Source of the DNA: Candidatus Yanofskybacteria bacterium
Lineage (GTDB): Bacteria > Patescibacteriota > Minisyncoccia > 2-02-FULL-40-12 > IGHO2-01-FULL-4-A
Reading direction: 5' to 3'
Assembly (NCBI GenBank): GCA_016181175.1
Contig: JACOZV010000004.1
Location: forward strand, 73,718-126,662
Length of the DNA stretch: 52,945 nucleotides
Position 1 is the stretch's first letter. Each line of letters opens with the position of its first letter. Positions 44,140 to 52,870 of the stretch are shown here, piece by piece. Made by a program: the position numbers and the translations under genes. A model generated the notes under the pieces. It was given only the letters and a program-made list of their open reading frames with translations, searched no databases and was not told where the DNA came from.

Positions 44140-45819
44140 TTATAAAATTATAAAATTAAAAATTATACCCTGGCGTATCGCTTCTTTCCGCAATTCTTCC
44201 TCGGAAATATTTGTAAGGACTATTCTTTCCAGTTCATCGGTCATGGCCAATGTCTCAAACACACCCATCCTGCCCTTATAGGACTTGCCGTTACATTCCT
44301 TGCAACCTTCGCCAGGTTTAAATATTTCAAAATTACTCTTGGGCAACTCTTTTTGGGCGTCGGGCGGCATTTTATCTAACGCCTTCTTTATCATAAACTC
44401 TTCACCGGTGTTGGCTTTGGTTTTTATTTTGCAGGTTTGACATAATTTTCTGACCAACCTCTGAGCCACCGCCAAGTTAAGCGTCGGGGCAATCAGATAT
44501 TTTTCCACGCCCATATCAACTAACCTGGGAATGACGCCGATTGTATCGTTTGTGTGCAAGGTAGAAAGCACGACATGGCCGGTCAAAGATGCTTGAATCG
44601 CCAAACTGGCGGTTTCACCGTCTCTAATCTCGCCCACCATTATTACATCCGGGTCTTGCCTCAAGATATGCCTTAGGCCATTGGCGAAAGTGTAGTTAAT
44701 TTCTTCGTGCGTTTGCGACTGATTAATTCCGTTTATGTAGTATTCTATTGGATCCTCTAGGGTTACTATATTGATACCTTCGTCGTTAATCTCACGCAAC
44801 ACCGCCGCCAATGTGGTCGACTTGCCAGAACCGGTCGGCCCGGTAATAAGAATCTCACCGAACGGTTTGACTATGCTTTCACGAACTAAATCCAAAGACC
44901 TGCCCCCCAGTCCCAGATCAGTCAATTTAATGTCACCGACAAGCGGATCCAATATTCTCAATACAACCTTCTCGCCGTTTCTGGTGGGAAAAGTAGAAAC
45001 CCTAAAATCAACGCGCCTATCCCCCACCTTGGTAGAAAACCGGCCATCTTGTGCCAAGCGAGTTTCATCAATCTTAAGATCGGAGAGAATCTTAATCCTT
45101 GTAACTAGTGCGGACAACAAACCGGTGGGCAAAGAAAGGACGGTCTGCAAAACACCATCAACGCGGAATCTTAAGCGCACCCTATCTTCAAACGGCTCTA
45201 TGTGAATATCTGAAGCACGCGTCTCAACCGCGTGCTTAATGACGATGGCAACAATGCGAGTAACTGGCGCTTCAGCGGTTATTTCTTCCAAACCGCCAGT
45301 TTTCTCGGTAATTTTGAGTTCTTTTTGAGAAACCTCCTCTGATAATTGCTCCAATGCTCGACCGACCTCCGTTGTCAACGTGCGGACGCTTTTGCTTAAA
45401 TTGTCAAAATCCTTATAACTAATGAGGTATTTCTCTAAATTAAGACCGCGGTCGAAAGCTATAAACTTAACCGCTTCCAGCGCATCAATGTTTTCCGGAT
45501 TTACAACGCCCACCCTCAAAACAGAACTATCCCTGGCAAAAGGTAAAACTTTGTAAAAATTGATTATGTTTTCGGGGATATCTTTTACTACATCGCGATC
45601 AATTTCAACACCAGAAAGGTCAGCCACAGGAAGCTGATAAATCTGCGATTTTATCTTAAGAAGATCGGCATCGCTTATTATGCTCTTTCTAACTAAAACC
45701 TCTCCAAAGTCCTTTTGAATTGCAGATGCTTCATTTTCAACTTCATTTGCAACCCCCGAGCTTAAAAGTCCCTGGCGCAGAAGTTCCTCTATTAAAAGTT
45801 GCGGAAGTTGATACGGCAC
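44140..45819 (-). CDS. pilB: Type IV pilus assembly ATPase (GspE/PilB family), apparently C-terminally shortened
   Basis: N-terminal GspII_E-like domain, Walker A GPTGSGKST and a tetracysteine CQTC...CKEC. The GTG at 45819 (VPYQLPQLLIEELL) is preferred over the track start at 45867, which lies in a repeat hairpin. Confidence 0.85.
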   Translation of the reverse strand: MPYQLPQLLIEELLRQGLLSSGVANEVENEASAIQKDFGEVLVRKSIISDADLLKIKSQIYQLPVADLSGVEIDRDVVKDIPENIINFYKVLPFARDSSVLRVGVVNPENIDALEAVKFIAFDRGLNLEKYLISYKDFDNLSKSVRTLTTEVGRALEQLSEEVSQKELKITEKTGGLEEITAEAPVTRIVAIVIKHAVETRASDIHIEPFEDRVRLRFRVDGVLQTVLSLPTGLLSALVTRIKILSDLKIDETRLAQDGRFSTKVGDRRVDFRVSTFPTRNGEKVVLRILDPLVGDIKLTDLGLGGRSLDLVRESIVKPFGEILITGPTGSGKSTTLAAVLREINDEGINIVTLEDPIEYYINGINQSQTHEEINYTFANGLRHILRQDPDVIMVGEIRDGETASLAIQASLTGHVVLSTLHTNDTIGVIPRLVDMGVEKYLIAPTLNLAVAQRLVRKLCQTCKIKTKANTGEEFMIKKALDKMPPDAQKELPKSNFEIFKPGEGCKECNGKSYKGRMGVFETLAMTDELERIVLTNISEEELRKEAIRQGIIFNFIIL

Positions 45820-45839
45820 GTTTAAGTGGTAAGTAGCAA

Positions 45840-45915
45840 GTAGTAAGTGGCGGGCACGGGGCAACAAGTTTAATTTTGTTTTTTCGCGTGCTACGTTCTA
45901 CTTGCCACTTACTAC
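45840..45915. repeat. Intercistronic hairpin upstream of pilB (sequence variant of the T family geometry)
   Basis: GTAGTAAGTGGC at 45840-45851 and GCCACTTACTAC at 45904-45915, a 12-bp perfect inverted repeat. Confidence 0.6.
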
Positions 45916-45931
45916 GTATTGCAATGCTTCG

Positions 45932-46213
45932 TTAGAAGGGCGCGAAAATATCAATGCGACCAGTTGAGCCTGGCTGGACCGGTGATTCGCCGAAAATCCT
46001 AAGAGTTTTAAATATTAGGTTATCCAGACCAGAAAAATCAAGTTTTAAATCCTTGAACTTAGAAAAATTTACGTCGGTAAGACTTGCTGGCACAACCGAA
46101 ACGGATTGATCTTGTGATGTTTGGTTATAATAAAAATAACCCACAATTAAACCGAGTATGATAATCGCAAATAAAATTACCGGGCTTGTTGTATTTTTGG
46201 TTGGAGTAATCAT
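45932..46213 (-). CDS. Small single-pass membrane protein in the pilus operon
   Basis: ATG at 46213 (MITPTKNTTSPVILFAIIILGLIVGYFYY...). The track N-terminal extension runs through repeat T4 and was trimmed. Confidence 0.45.
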   Translation of the reverse strand: MITPTKNTTSPVILFAIIILGLIVGYFYYNQTSQDQSVSVVPASLTDVNFSKFKDLKLDFSGLDNLIFKTLRIFGESPVQPGSTGRIDIFAPF

Positions 46214-46218
46214 AAAAA

Positions 46219-46288
46219 GTATAAAGGGGTTAGTATTGAGTATTAAGGGAAATTTGGGATGCCCCCCATAATACATAATACTTGATAC
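46219..46288 (+). repeat. Pilus-operon hairpin repeat, copy T4
   Basis: GTATAAAGGGGTTAGTATTGAGTATTAAGGGA...CCCATAATACATAATACTTGATAC. Confidence 0.7.
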
Positions 46289-46298
46289 CAATCCCTTA

Positions 46299-46820
46299 CT
46301 ATTTCAGATAGTACGCGTTCATTTTAATTGTAAAGTTAACATTGCCTGGCGATGTGGTAGAGGCCGCTCCGGTAATCTCAAAGATGTCATAAAGCCGGAG
46401 ACTCTGTTCCAGAAGTTTTAGAAAGTTAACAAAAGAGGGATACGCCCCAACCAAATCAGCTCCAATTAAAATTTTCTTATATCCTATTTCACTGGTAACC
46501 GGCACTGCCGCGGTAGTCAAAACTGACAACTGCAACCCCGATTGTTCAGTTATCTTCTGAATACTGGATACTACTTCATCAATTTGCTTCTTTTCCGGTA
46601 TAAAAACCTTGATTTTGTTAATATCCGCTTGTCTGGACTGGGCTTGACGATTTAGTTCCTGAATTTTTTCAAAAACAAACGCTGTTTCTTTTAACACGAC
46701 CTTCCTGGAATTAACCGCTTCTTTGGTAACTTTGATTGCGTCGTATTGGGGCATGACCAAAACAAAAAGCAAAAGTAATCCCAAGGAAAAGATAATTGCG
46801 GCTAGCGTATTTTTTTCCAT
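46299..46820 (-). CDS. pilO: PilO-like pilus alignment protein
   Basis: N-terminal TM segment, coiled coil and a C-terminal ferredoxin-like part. Its position is after pilN. Confidence 0.6.
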   Translation of the reverse strand: MEKNTLAAIIFSLGLLLLFVLVMPQYDAIKVTKEAVNSRKVVLKETAFVFEKIQELNRQAQSRQADINKIKVFIPEKKQIDEVVSSIQKITEQSGLQLSVLTTAAVPVTSEIGYKKILIGADLVGAYPSFVNFLKLLEQSLRLYDIFEITGAASTTSPGNVNFTIKMNAYYLK

Positions 46821-46824
46821 TAAA

Positions 46825-47391
46825 CTATTTTGGGTTAACTTTAACCGTCAATCCGTCGGGTTTAAAAAATAATTGCATAGTTAATTCTACTTGTCCCGTG
46901 GGTTGGCTTTGAACTTTGTTTAAAATTATGTCGGTCACGGAATCAATCGTGTAAAAAGAAGCAATTTGCCTTGCAATGGTAGTATAATTTGCGGCAAGAG
47001 CGGTAATTAAGATCTTCTTGCCCAAAACGTCAACATTTATTGATTTAAACTGGACCTGCGGCTGTACCAAACTCTGAATTTTAGTAAAAGCCTCCGACAA
47101 CAAAAGGTGTGAACCTATCAGGGGATTTACTACGGCCAACTGTTGATTTAAATCCAAAAGCTTGGTCTCTGTATGCTTGTCTCTGGACTTTTCAAAATCA
47201 GACAACTGTTTATCAATTGATGACAACGTAGAAAGTAATGACTGCTTATAGAACACTAAGCCAAAATAAATACCCAGAAACAGCGCTAAAACGATAAAAC
47301 TCAAAACAAGGATTCTATTTTGACCCGGCAATTTAATTTCTATCTTTTTCCTTGTTTCAGGAAGAAGTTGTAACCCTCCTATGTCTGACAT
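46825..47391 (-). CDS. pilN: PilN-like pilus alignment protein
   Basis: Short cytoplasmic N-terminus, a TM segment (ILVLSFIVLALFLGIYFGLVF) and a coiled coil. Its position is after pilM. Confidence 0.6.
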   Translation of the reverse strand: MSDIGGLQLLPETRKKIEIKLPGQNRILVLSFIVLALFLGIYFGLVFYKQSLLSTLSSIDKQLSDFEKSRDKHTETKLLDLNQQLAVVNPLIGSHLLLSEAFTKIQSLVQPQVQFKSINVDVLGKKILITALAANYTTIARQIASFYTIDSVTDIILNKVQSQPTGQVELTMQLFFKPDGLTVKVNPK

Positions 47392-47476
47392 TAACCTATA
47401 CTCATTATACTACATGATGTCTGAATGCTTATTCACAACTAACCACATTTACAAAATTAAAATATTTTATTAAAAA

Positions 47477-48577
47477 TTATATTTCCCTCATTGCTAGTCC
47501 GATAGCTATAGAAAAAGTGGGATTAAGTTCAGAACGAATTTTGTCTAACCCCGGTGGCGTGATTAAACGGGCCAAGGGATTGCCAACGGCTAGTGGCAAA
47601 CCTAATTTGGCCCCAAAGTAATCCGCAAAATTGGGCATATTAGCCAAACCACCGACCAGAATTATTTTGGTAACCTTAGTATTTTTAAGTTCCTCGTAAC
47701 TATGTATGGTTTTTTTGGTTTCAAAAGCCATCATGTCAATCAGCGAACTCATAGCTTCCTGAATTACGTTATTATCAACGTCTTTGATACCGAAACTTCG
47801 TTTCAACTCCTCTGCTCTCTTTAGATTCACATTCAAAGATTTGGATATGGATTTGGTTATCTCAAATCCTCCAATCTCATAGTTGTGGCTAATTCTTTCG
47901 TACCCATTATCAACAATAAGAATTGAGGTGCTCCGTCCGCCAATATTTACTATCGCGACCGGACTAAGATCGTTTCCCAAAAGCGCCCTTATCAAAGCGG
48001 AATTCTCCAACTCAAGAGCGCGCAAATTCAGTCCGGCTGATTTCGTAATATTTTTATAACGTTCCGTTTCTTGCTTATGCACGGCAACAAGAAAAACCTC
48101 AACTGTGGGCGTTTTGGGGGTAGCTTGCTGGTTATTGATCTGCTGCTGCTGATTTTTGGTCGCTATGTTAATGATTGACCAATCCAGCACCACTTCATCA
48201 AGCGGTAGAGGTATGTACTTGCGCGCCTCAAAAGGAATCGTTTTGGCCATGTCTTTTTCTGAAAGATAAGGCATGGAAATAATAGTAGAAAAAGTAGAAA
48301 AGGTCGGTATGGATGCCACCGCCTCACGGGATTTGATTCCGGAACGTTTTATAACCTCGCGTATCCCCCATGCTAAATCCTGATCCGATAAATGAGCAGT
48401 CCTGGATACTTGTCTGCCAGAAGCGTTTAGCGTCTCCTCGATGGATTCCAGTTCGAAAAGGCCATAATTTTCAAGCTTAAAACGGCCGGATTCTTTTGAC
48501 AGTTCCACAATCTTAATTGAAGCCGTCCCGATGTCTATGCCGAGTTTTGATTTTGCTTTGAAACCGAAAAAATTCAT
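47477..48577 (-). CDS. pilM: Type IV pilus assembly ATPase-like protein PilM (actin fold)
   Basis: LGIDIGTASIKIVEL N-terminus, an internal GGRSTSI and a C-terminal ILVGGLA. Confidence 0.85.
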   Translation of the reverse strand: MNFFGFKAKSKLGIDIGTASIKIVELSKESGRFKLENYGLFELESIEETLNASGRQVSRTAHLSDQDLAWGIREVIKRSGIKSREAVASIPTFSTFSTIISMPYLSEKDMAKTIPFEARKYIPLPLDEVVLDWSIINIATKNQQQQINNQQATPKTPTVEVFLVAVHKQETERYKNITKSAGLNLRALELENSALIRALLGNDLSPVAIVNIGGRSTSILIVDNGYERISHNYEIGGFEITKSISKSLNVNLKRAEELKRSFGIKDVDNNVIQEAMSSLIDMMAFETKKTIHSYEELKNTKVTKIILVGGLANMPNFADYFGAKLGLPLAVGNPLARLITPPGLDKIRSELNPTFSIAIGLAMREI

Positions 48578-48589
48578 ACGTCTATTGTC

Positions 48590-48598
48590 ATTATACCA
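48590..48598 (-). promoter_or_regulatory. Extended -10 element (TGgTATAAT) upstream of pilM
   Basis: Minus strand TGGTATAAT, 12 nt before the pilM ATG. This implies a very short leader. Confidence 0.4.
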
Positions 48599-48621
48599 CT
48601 AGCTTGATAAATCTTATACAC

Positions 48622-49362
48622 ATGACCACATTAAAGAACTGGCTTCTTGATATCTTTTTCCCGCGGCACTGTTTGGGTTGTAATGTTTTGTTGCGGGAAA
48701 ATAAGCTTTCATATCTTTGCCAACATTGCCAAGCCGCGATCAAATTTAAAAATGACTTTGCCTGTGCTTTTTGCAGATCGCCCGTAAAAAATGGCAAAAC
48801 CTGCCAATTTTGTATTAAAGATCACTTTCTGGATAGGCTACTAGTCTCAACTTCATACGAAAACCCGCTTGCAGAAAAAAGTTTGAAAATGATGAAATAC
48901 AGATTTATCGCAATGCTTGCCGGTGACATTGCTGGTTTTATGGTTAAATACATGCAAAACAGCCTGATAAAAAAGCTGGGCATTGAAACAGGAACCGTTG
49001 TTGTGCCGGTACCGCTCCATCGCGAACGATTAAACTGGCGTGGATTCAACCAGTCAGAATTGATAGCTGTGAAAATCGCCGATAATTTCGAATGGCCCTT
49101 GGTCACGAACGAACTCAAACGAGTCCGAGCGAATAAACCGCAAATTGAAATGCCGGATCGTAATTCTCGTATAAAAAATATGAAAAATATTTTTCAATAT
49201 GCACCTGCGCGTGTAGGGTCGCCTGACATAAAAGGCAAAACCATTTTGCTTATTGATGATATTTCAACGACCGGTTCGACGCTTGACGATTGCGCCCGCG
49301 CCCTCAAGGGCGCGGGCGCAAAAAAAGTAATCGGATTCGTGTTCGCGAGAAACAAAATCTAA
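48622..49362 (+). CDS. comF: ComF family phosphoribosyltransferase-like competence protein
   Basis: N-terminal double CxxC zinc finger (CLGC...CQHC, CAFC...CQFC) and a C-terminal PRT motif ILLIDDISTTGSTL. The ATG at 48622 is preferred. Confidence 0.85.
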   Translation: MTTLKNWLLDIFFPRHCLGCNVLLRENKLSYLCQHCQAAIKFKNDFACAFCRSPVKNGKTCQFCIKDHFLDRLLVSTSYENPLAEKSLKMMKYRFIAMLAGDIAGFMVKYMQNSLIKKLGIETGTVVVPVPLHRERLNWRGFNQSELIAVKIADNFEWPLVTNELKRVRANKPQIEMPDRNSRIKNMKNIFQYAPARVGSPDIKGKTILLIDDISTTGSTLDDCARALKGAGAKKVIGFVFARNKI

Positions 49363-50231
49363 TCCAGTATCGTCTTTGCAATTTTATTTAACTCTTCGAG
49401 AGTCGAGAATTTGATTACTATGTTGCCTCCACTGGCACCAGTTCTGATAAAAACCGCCGCACCAAGATTTTTTGAAAGGTTTTGTTGGAGTTCTTCAAAT
49501 TTAGGACCGGAAACCGTTTGTTGACTGTTGGAATTATGTTCTTTGGCGACGTTTTCCAAATCGCGTACCGCAAAATTGCCAGTAAGAATACGTTTATACA
49601 TTTCGCGCTGTTTTTTCTCATCCTTGAACGAAAGCAGAGTGCGCGCATGAGTGCGGCTTATCTTACCTGCACGTAAGGCCAATTTGATATCAGCAGGCAG
49701 ACCAAGCAGCCGCATGGCATTCGCCACCACCTCACGGCTCTTGCCAACCTTATCGGCAATTTCTTTTTGCGTAAGTTTAAATTCGCTTGCCAGACGGGAA
49801 TATGCTTCCGATTCTTCAAGTGGATTGAGATCCTCACGCTGAATATTTTCAACCAAAGCAACCTCCAGCTTAAGACGGCCTTCATCAAAATTATCCTTAA
49901 CAATGGCCGGAACATGAGGTAAACCGGCTATCTTAGCCGCACGCCAACGCCGTTCACCGGCAACAATCTCATAAGTCACGTCCAATCCCCTATCTGTTTC
50001 GTGTTCCATTTTAGACACCAGTAAAGGCTGTAATATACCGTATTTTTTTATTGACGCCGCTAGCTCTTTGAGTCCGTCTTTATCAAAGTCATGCCTCGGC
50101 TGATTGGAATTAGGCCTGATCTTGTTTATCTCAATATAAAAAACGTTGTCCTGAATCTTTGGCGTAATCTTATTTGTCTTGGCCGGTATCAGCGACTCAA
50201 GGCCGCGACCCAAACCGAATAGTTTTTTCAT
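49359..50231 (-). CDS. parB: Chromosome partitioning protein ParB
   Basis: MKKLFGLGRGLESLIP, the ParB box GERRWRAA and an HTH. The ATG at 50231 is preferred over the track start. Confidence 0.92.
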   Translation of the reverse strand: MKKLFGLGRGLESLIPAKTNKITPKIQDNVFYIEINKIRPNSNQPRHDFDKDGLKELAASIKKYGILQPLLVSKMEHETDRGLDVTYEIVAGERRWRAAKIAGLPHVPAIVKDNFDEGRLKLEVALVENIQREDLNPLEESEAYSRLASEFKLTQKEIADKVGKSREVVANAMRLLGLPADIKLALRAGKISRTHARTLLSFKDEKKQREMYKRILTGNFAVRDLENVAKEHNSNSQQTVSGPKFEELQQNLSKNLGAAVFIRTGASGGNIVIKFSTLEELNKIAKTILD

Positions 50232-50363
50232 CCCGTACGAGACAGGAAATGATTTACACAAGTAAATCATTTCCGTGCCTATCGATAAATTAGTTTATTA
50301 ATCCCGATTAGATAACTATTGTAACCTTTCCTTGTTATTAGCAAAGGCTGTCTCGTTCGGGAT

Positions 50364-51125
50364 TCATCCTATATTAATAATTTCCTCGGCTAACTCTTTA
50401 TATGCTTGCGCGCCCTTGGAATTTTCATCAAATTGCAGAATGGTTTTGCCGAATCCAGGCGCTTCAGCCAATGATACGGAACGCGGAATTATCGTTTCAA
50501 AAACATGGCCGGGAAAATTCTTTTTAACTTCGGCAACAATCTCATTAGCCAACTTATTCCTCTTATCATACATTGTAAGCAATACGCCAAGAATCTTCAA
50601 CTGCGGGTTGAGCGATGTCCTGACCATATCAATTGTTTTGAAAAGTTGCGTCAGTCCCTCAAGGGCATAGTATTCGCACTGCACCGGTACTATTACCTGT
50701 TCTGCAGCTGCCAAACCATTGATTGTAAGAAGACCCAGGGATGGCGGACTGTCTATGAGAATGTAATCGTAATTGGTGCGAATTTTATTAAGCGAATTTT
50801 TTAATTTAAACTCCCGCTCTTCCATATCAACCAGCTCAACCGTGGCACCGGCAAGACTTGGAGCTGACGGCAAAATGTCAAAACCAAAAAGCGACGTTTT
50901 TCTTATGATTGCTCCCGGCTCTTGATTGTCAACCAGTGTATGATAAAGATTAACGTGGTCTTCACCGAGATGCACTCCGAGTCCCGATGTTGCATTCGCC
51001 TGCGGATCAAGGTCCACCAACAAAACATACTTGCCTAGCGATGCTAAGTAAGCTCCAAGATTGTTGGCAGTCGTTGTTTTTCCAACTCCACCCTTAGCGT
51101 TGATAATTCCAATAACTCTTGCCAT
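50364..51125 (-). CDS. parA: Chromosome partitioning ATPase ParA/Soj
   Basis: Deviant Walker A NAKGGVGKTT. 253 aa. Upstream of parB. Confidence 0.93.
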   Translation of the reverse strand: MARVIGIINAKGGVGKTTTANNLGAYLASLGKYVLLVDLDPQANATSGLGVHLGEDHVNLYHTLVDNQEPGAIIRKTSLFGFDILPSAPSLAGATVELVDMEEREFKLKNSLNKIRTNYDYILIDSPPSLGLLTINGLAAAEQVIVPVQCEYYALEGLTQLFKTIDMVRTSLNPQLKILGVLLTMYDKRNKLANEIVAEVKKNFPGHVFETIIPRSVSLAEAPGFGKTILQFDENSKGAQAYKELAEEIINIG

Positions 51126-51223
51126 AGATATTTATATTTTATTCTTTTAATTGAAAAAGTGCAAAAAGTTTGGTATCTTTTAAAAGTAGCCGCTGTGGGT
51201 GAAAAACGGGCAAGCGCAGTTTT

Positions 51224-52825
51224 TCACGGACAACAAAAAGTTGCCCCGGCCACCACAGTAAACAGTTTTTTGACGAGGAATGGCCGAGAAATTAAAAGCC
51301 GCTGTGGTGGAATTGGCAGACACGCACGACTCAAAATCGTGTGCCGTAAGGCATGTCGGTTCGACTCCGACCAGCGGCACCACGTTGGAAAAGTCAATGC
51401 CTCGCCCCGCCTTCGGCGGGTCTCGGCGACCAAATCGTACGGATTTTTCGGGGCAAAAAGAAATTCCCGATTCCGGTTTTTCAGAAATGTTGCCATTTCG
51501 GAAAGATTTTCTGATTCAAGTAAATTAGTGGCTTGATTCAAGGATTTAACGAACTCACGAGCCGGTTCGAGCCAATACAAACCTTTTTGCTCAAAGTCGG
51601 TGATTTTCTCGTTTAACTCGACCTTTTGGCAAATGAGGGTATCTTTTTTAGCGGCGTATTCTTTTTGTGTAAGCGCGTCGTCAAGATATGCGTCAAGCAA
51701 TTTTTGGAGCCTCGTTTCAACTTGCCATAATTGCATTTTAAGATTTACCACCTCACCCATCGCTTGTTCCTTTGCCTGTTTTTCTTCCGTGTCTAACGCC
51801 GCCAAAACCTTTTCGGTATCTTGGCTCGACAAAGAAACTTTTTGAAGGAAGTTTTTGATTTGTTCCACTAACTGACTTTCATCAAGATATTTTTCTTGGC
51901 ACGCGCCTCGCTTTTTTGTACAGCGATAGTAAGTGTAAATACCGCCATTACCTTTTGCATATTGAGCAGTTATCGAGCAGCCGCACGAGGCGCACTTCAT
52001 AAGGCCAAGAAAAGGAAAGTTATGTTTCCTGTCCGGTCTCACTTTTCCGCGTTTCGTCATCACTTCCTGACATTGATCAAAAAGTTTCTTTGAGGTTAAC
52101 GGCTCGTGTGTTCCCTCAAAAATTTCTCCTTTGTATCGCATAAGCCCGATGTAAAAAGGATTTTGGAGAATATGCTGAACATTGCTCAATGATATTTTGT
52201 TTCCGGCATTCGTGAGCAACTTCTTTTTCTCACACCAATTTGCGAGAGCAATGAGAGGATATGCTCCAGTGGCATACATTTCAAAGATTTTCTTTACTAG
52301 AAGAGCTTTTTCGGTATCAAGATCAATACCGCGCGATTTGGGGTTATTGAGATAGCCCACCGGAGCCCAACTTGGCCATACTCCATTTCGTATCTTTTGT
52401 CGTAAACCCCTTTTTACGTTCTCTCGCAAATTATCCACAAAGTATTTACTCTGTCCAAAAGCAATGTTCAGCATAAATAATCCTTGTGGTGTCGGTTCAA
52501 ACCAGAAGCAGGGAAATTTGAGGGAACGAATCAAGCCGCGATCAACGAAGTGGATTATCTTCCCCCCATCGACCGAATTTCTTGCAAGACGATCTGGGTG
52601 CCACGAAATAATCCCGTCTGCTTTTCCCTGTTCCAAAAATGACAACATTTCTGCGAATTTAATTCGCCCGGGTTCTTTTGCGGTTTTGGCCTCTTGGAAA
52701 GAGGCGACAATTTCAAGTTTTTCTTTGGCGGCAAATTCTTTGAGCTCAACGAGTTGAGCTTCAATACTTAATACTTGACGGTCATCTTCTTCAGTACTTT
52801 TCCTCGCGTAGATGATGTATTTCAT
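51224..52825 (-). CDS. Large serine recombinase (resolvase catalytic domain, recombinase domain, zinc ribbon, coiled coil); 3' end uncertain
   Basis: N-terminus MKYIIYARKSTEEDDRQVLSIEAQ (catalytic Ser context) and a zinc ribbon CASCGCSITAQ...YYRC followed by a coiled coil. The last ~80 codons read through IR-L and antisense through tRNA-Leu (RWSESNRHA), so the true C-terminus is doubtful. Confidence 0.85.
   Translation of the reverse strand: MKYIIYARKSTEEDDRQVLSIEAQLVELKEFAAKEKLEIVASFQEAKTAKEPGRIKFAEMLSFLEQGKADGIISWHPDRLARNSVDGGKIIHFVDRGLIRSLKFPCFWFEPTPQGLFMLNIAFGQSKYFVDNLRENVKRGLRQKIRNGVWPSWAPVGYLNNPKSRGIDLDTEKALLVKKIFEMYATGAYPLIALANWCEKKKLLTNAGNKISLSNVQHILQNPFYIGLMRYKGEIFEGTHEPLTSKKLFDQCQEVMTKRGKVRPDRKHNFPFLGLMKCASCGCSITAQYAKGNGGIYTYYRCTKKRGACQEKYLDESQLVEQIKNFLQKVSLSSQDTEKVLAALDTEEKQAKEQAMGEVVNLKMQLWQVETRLQKLLDAYLDDALTQKEYAAKKDTLICQKVELNEKITDFEQKGLYWLEPAREFVKSLNQATNLLESENLSEMATFLKNRNREFLFAPKNPYDLVAETRRRRGEALTFPTWCRWSESNRHALRHTILSRACLPIPPQRLLISRPFLVKKLFTVVAGATFCCP
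51298..51382 (+). tRNA. tRNA-Leu (anticodon CAA), CCA encoded
   Basis: GCCGCTG-TG-GTGGAATTGGCAGACAC-G-CACGA-CTCAAAA-TCGTG-TGCCGTAAGGCATG-TCGG-TTCGACT-CCGA-CCAGCGGC-ACCA. Long variable arm, 7-bp acceptor stem. Confidence 0.9.
51401..51475. repeat. Left copy of a 75-bp perfect inverted repeat (IR-L), 18 bp after tRNA-Leu
   Basis: CTCGCCCCGCCTTCGGCGGGTCTCGGCGACCAAATCGTACGGATTTTTCGGGGCAAAAAGAAATTCCCGATTCCG is the exact reverse complement of 52871-52945. Confidence 0.9.
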
Positions 52826-52870
52826 AGTTTTGTTTAGTTAATTATTAAAATTTTTCTTTTCTGCTTCTAA

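Noticed and set aside
51270-51298. TTGACG-17-TAAAAG as a promoter for tRNA-Leu.
   Set aside because: The -10 candidate abuts the first base of the mature tRNA, so the transcription start would fall inside the tRNA. The real promoter is probably further upstream and was not identified.
51159-51536. Track ORFs 51159..51536, 51280..51528 (+) and 51180..51383 (-).
   Set aside because: They run across the tRNA-Leu gene and IR-L, and no family resemblance is apparent. They are artefacts of the stop-free tRNA and GC-rich repeat region.
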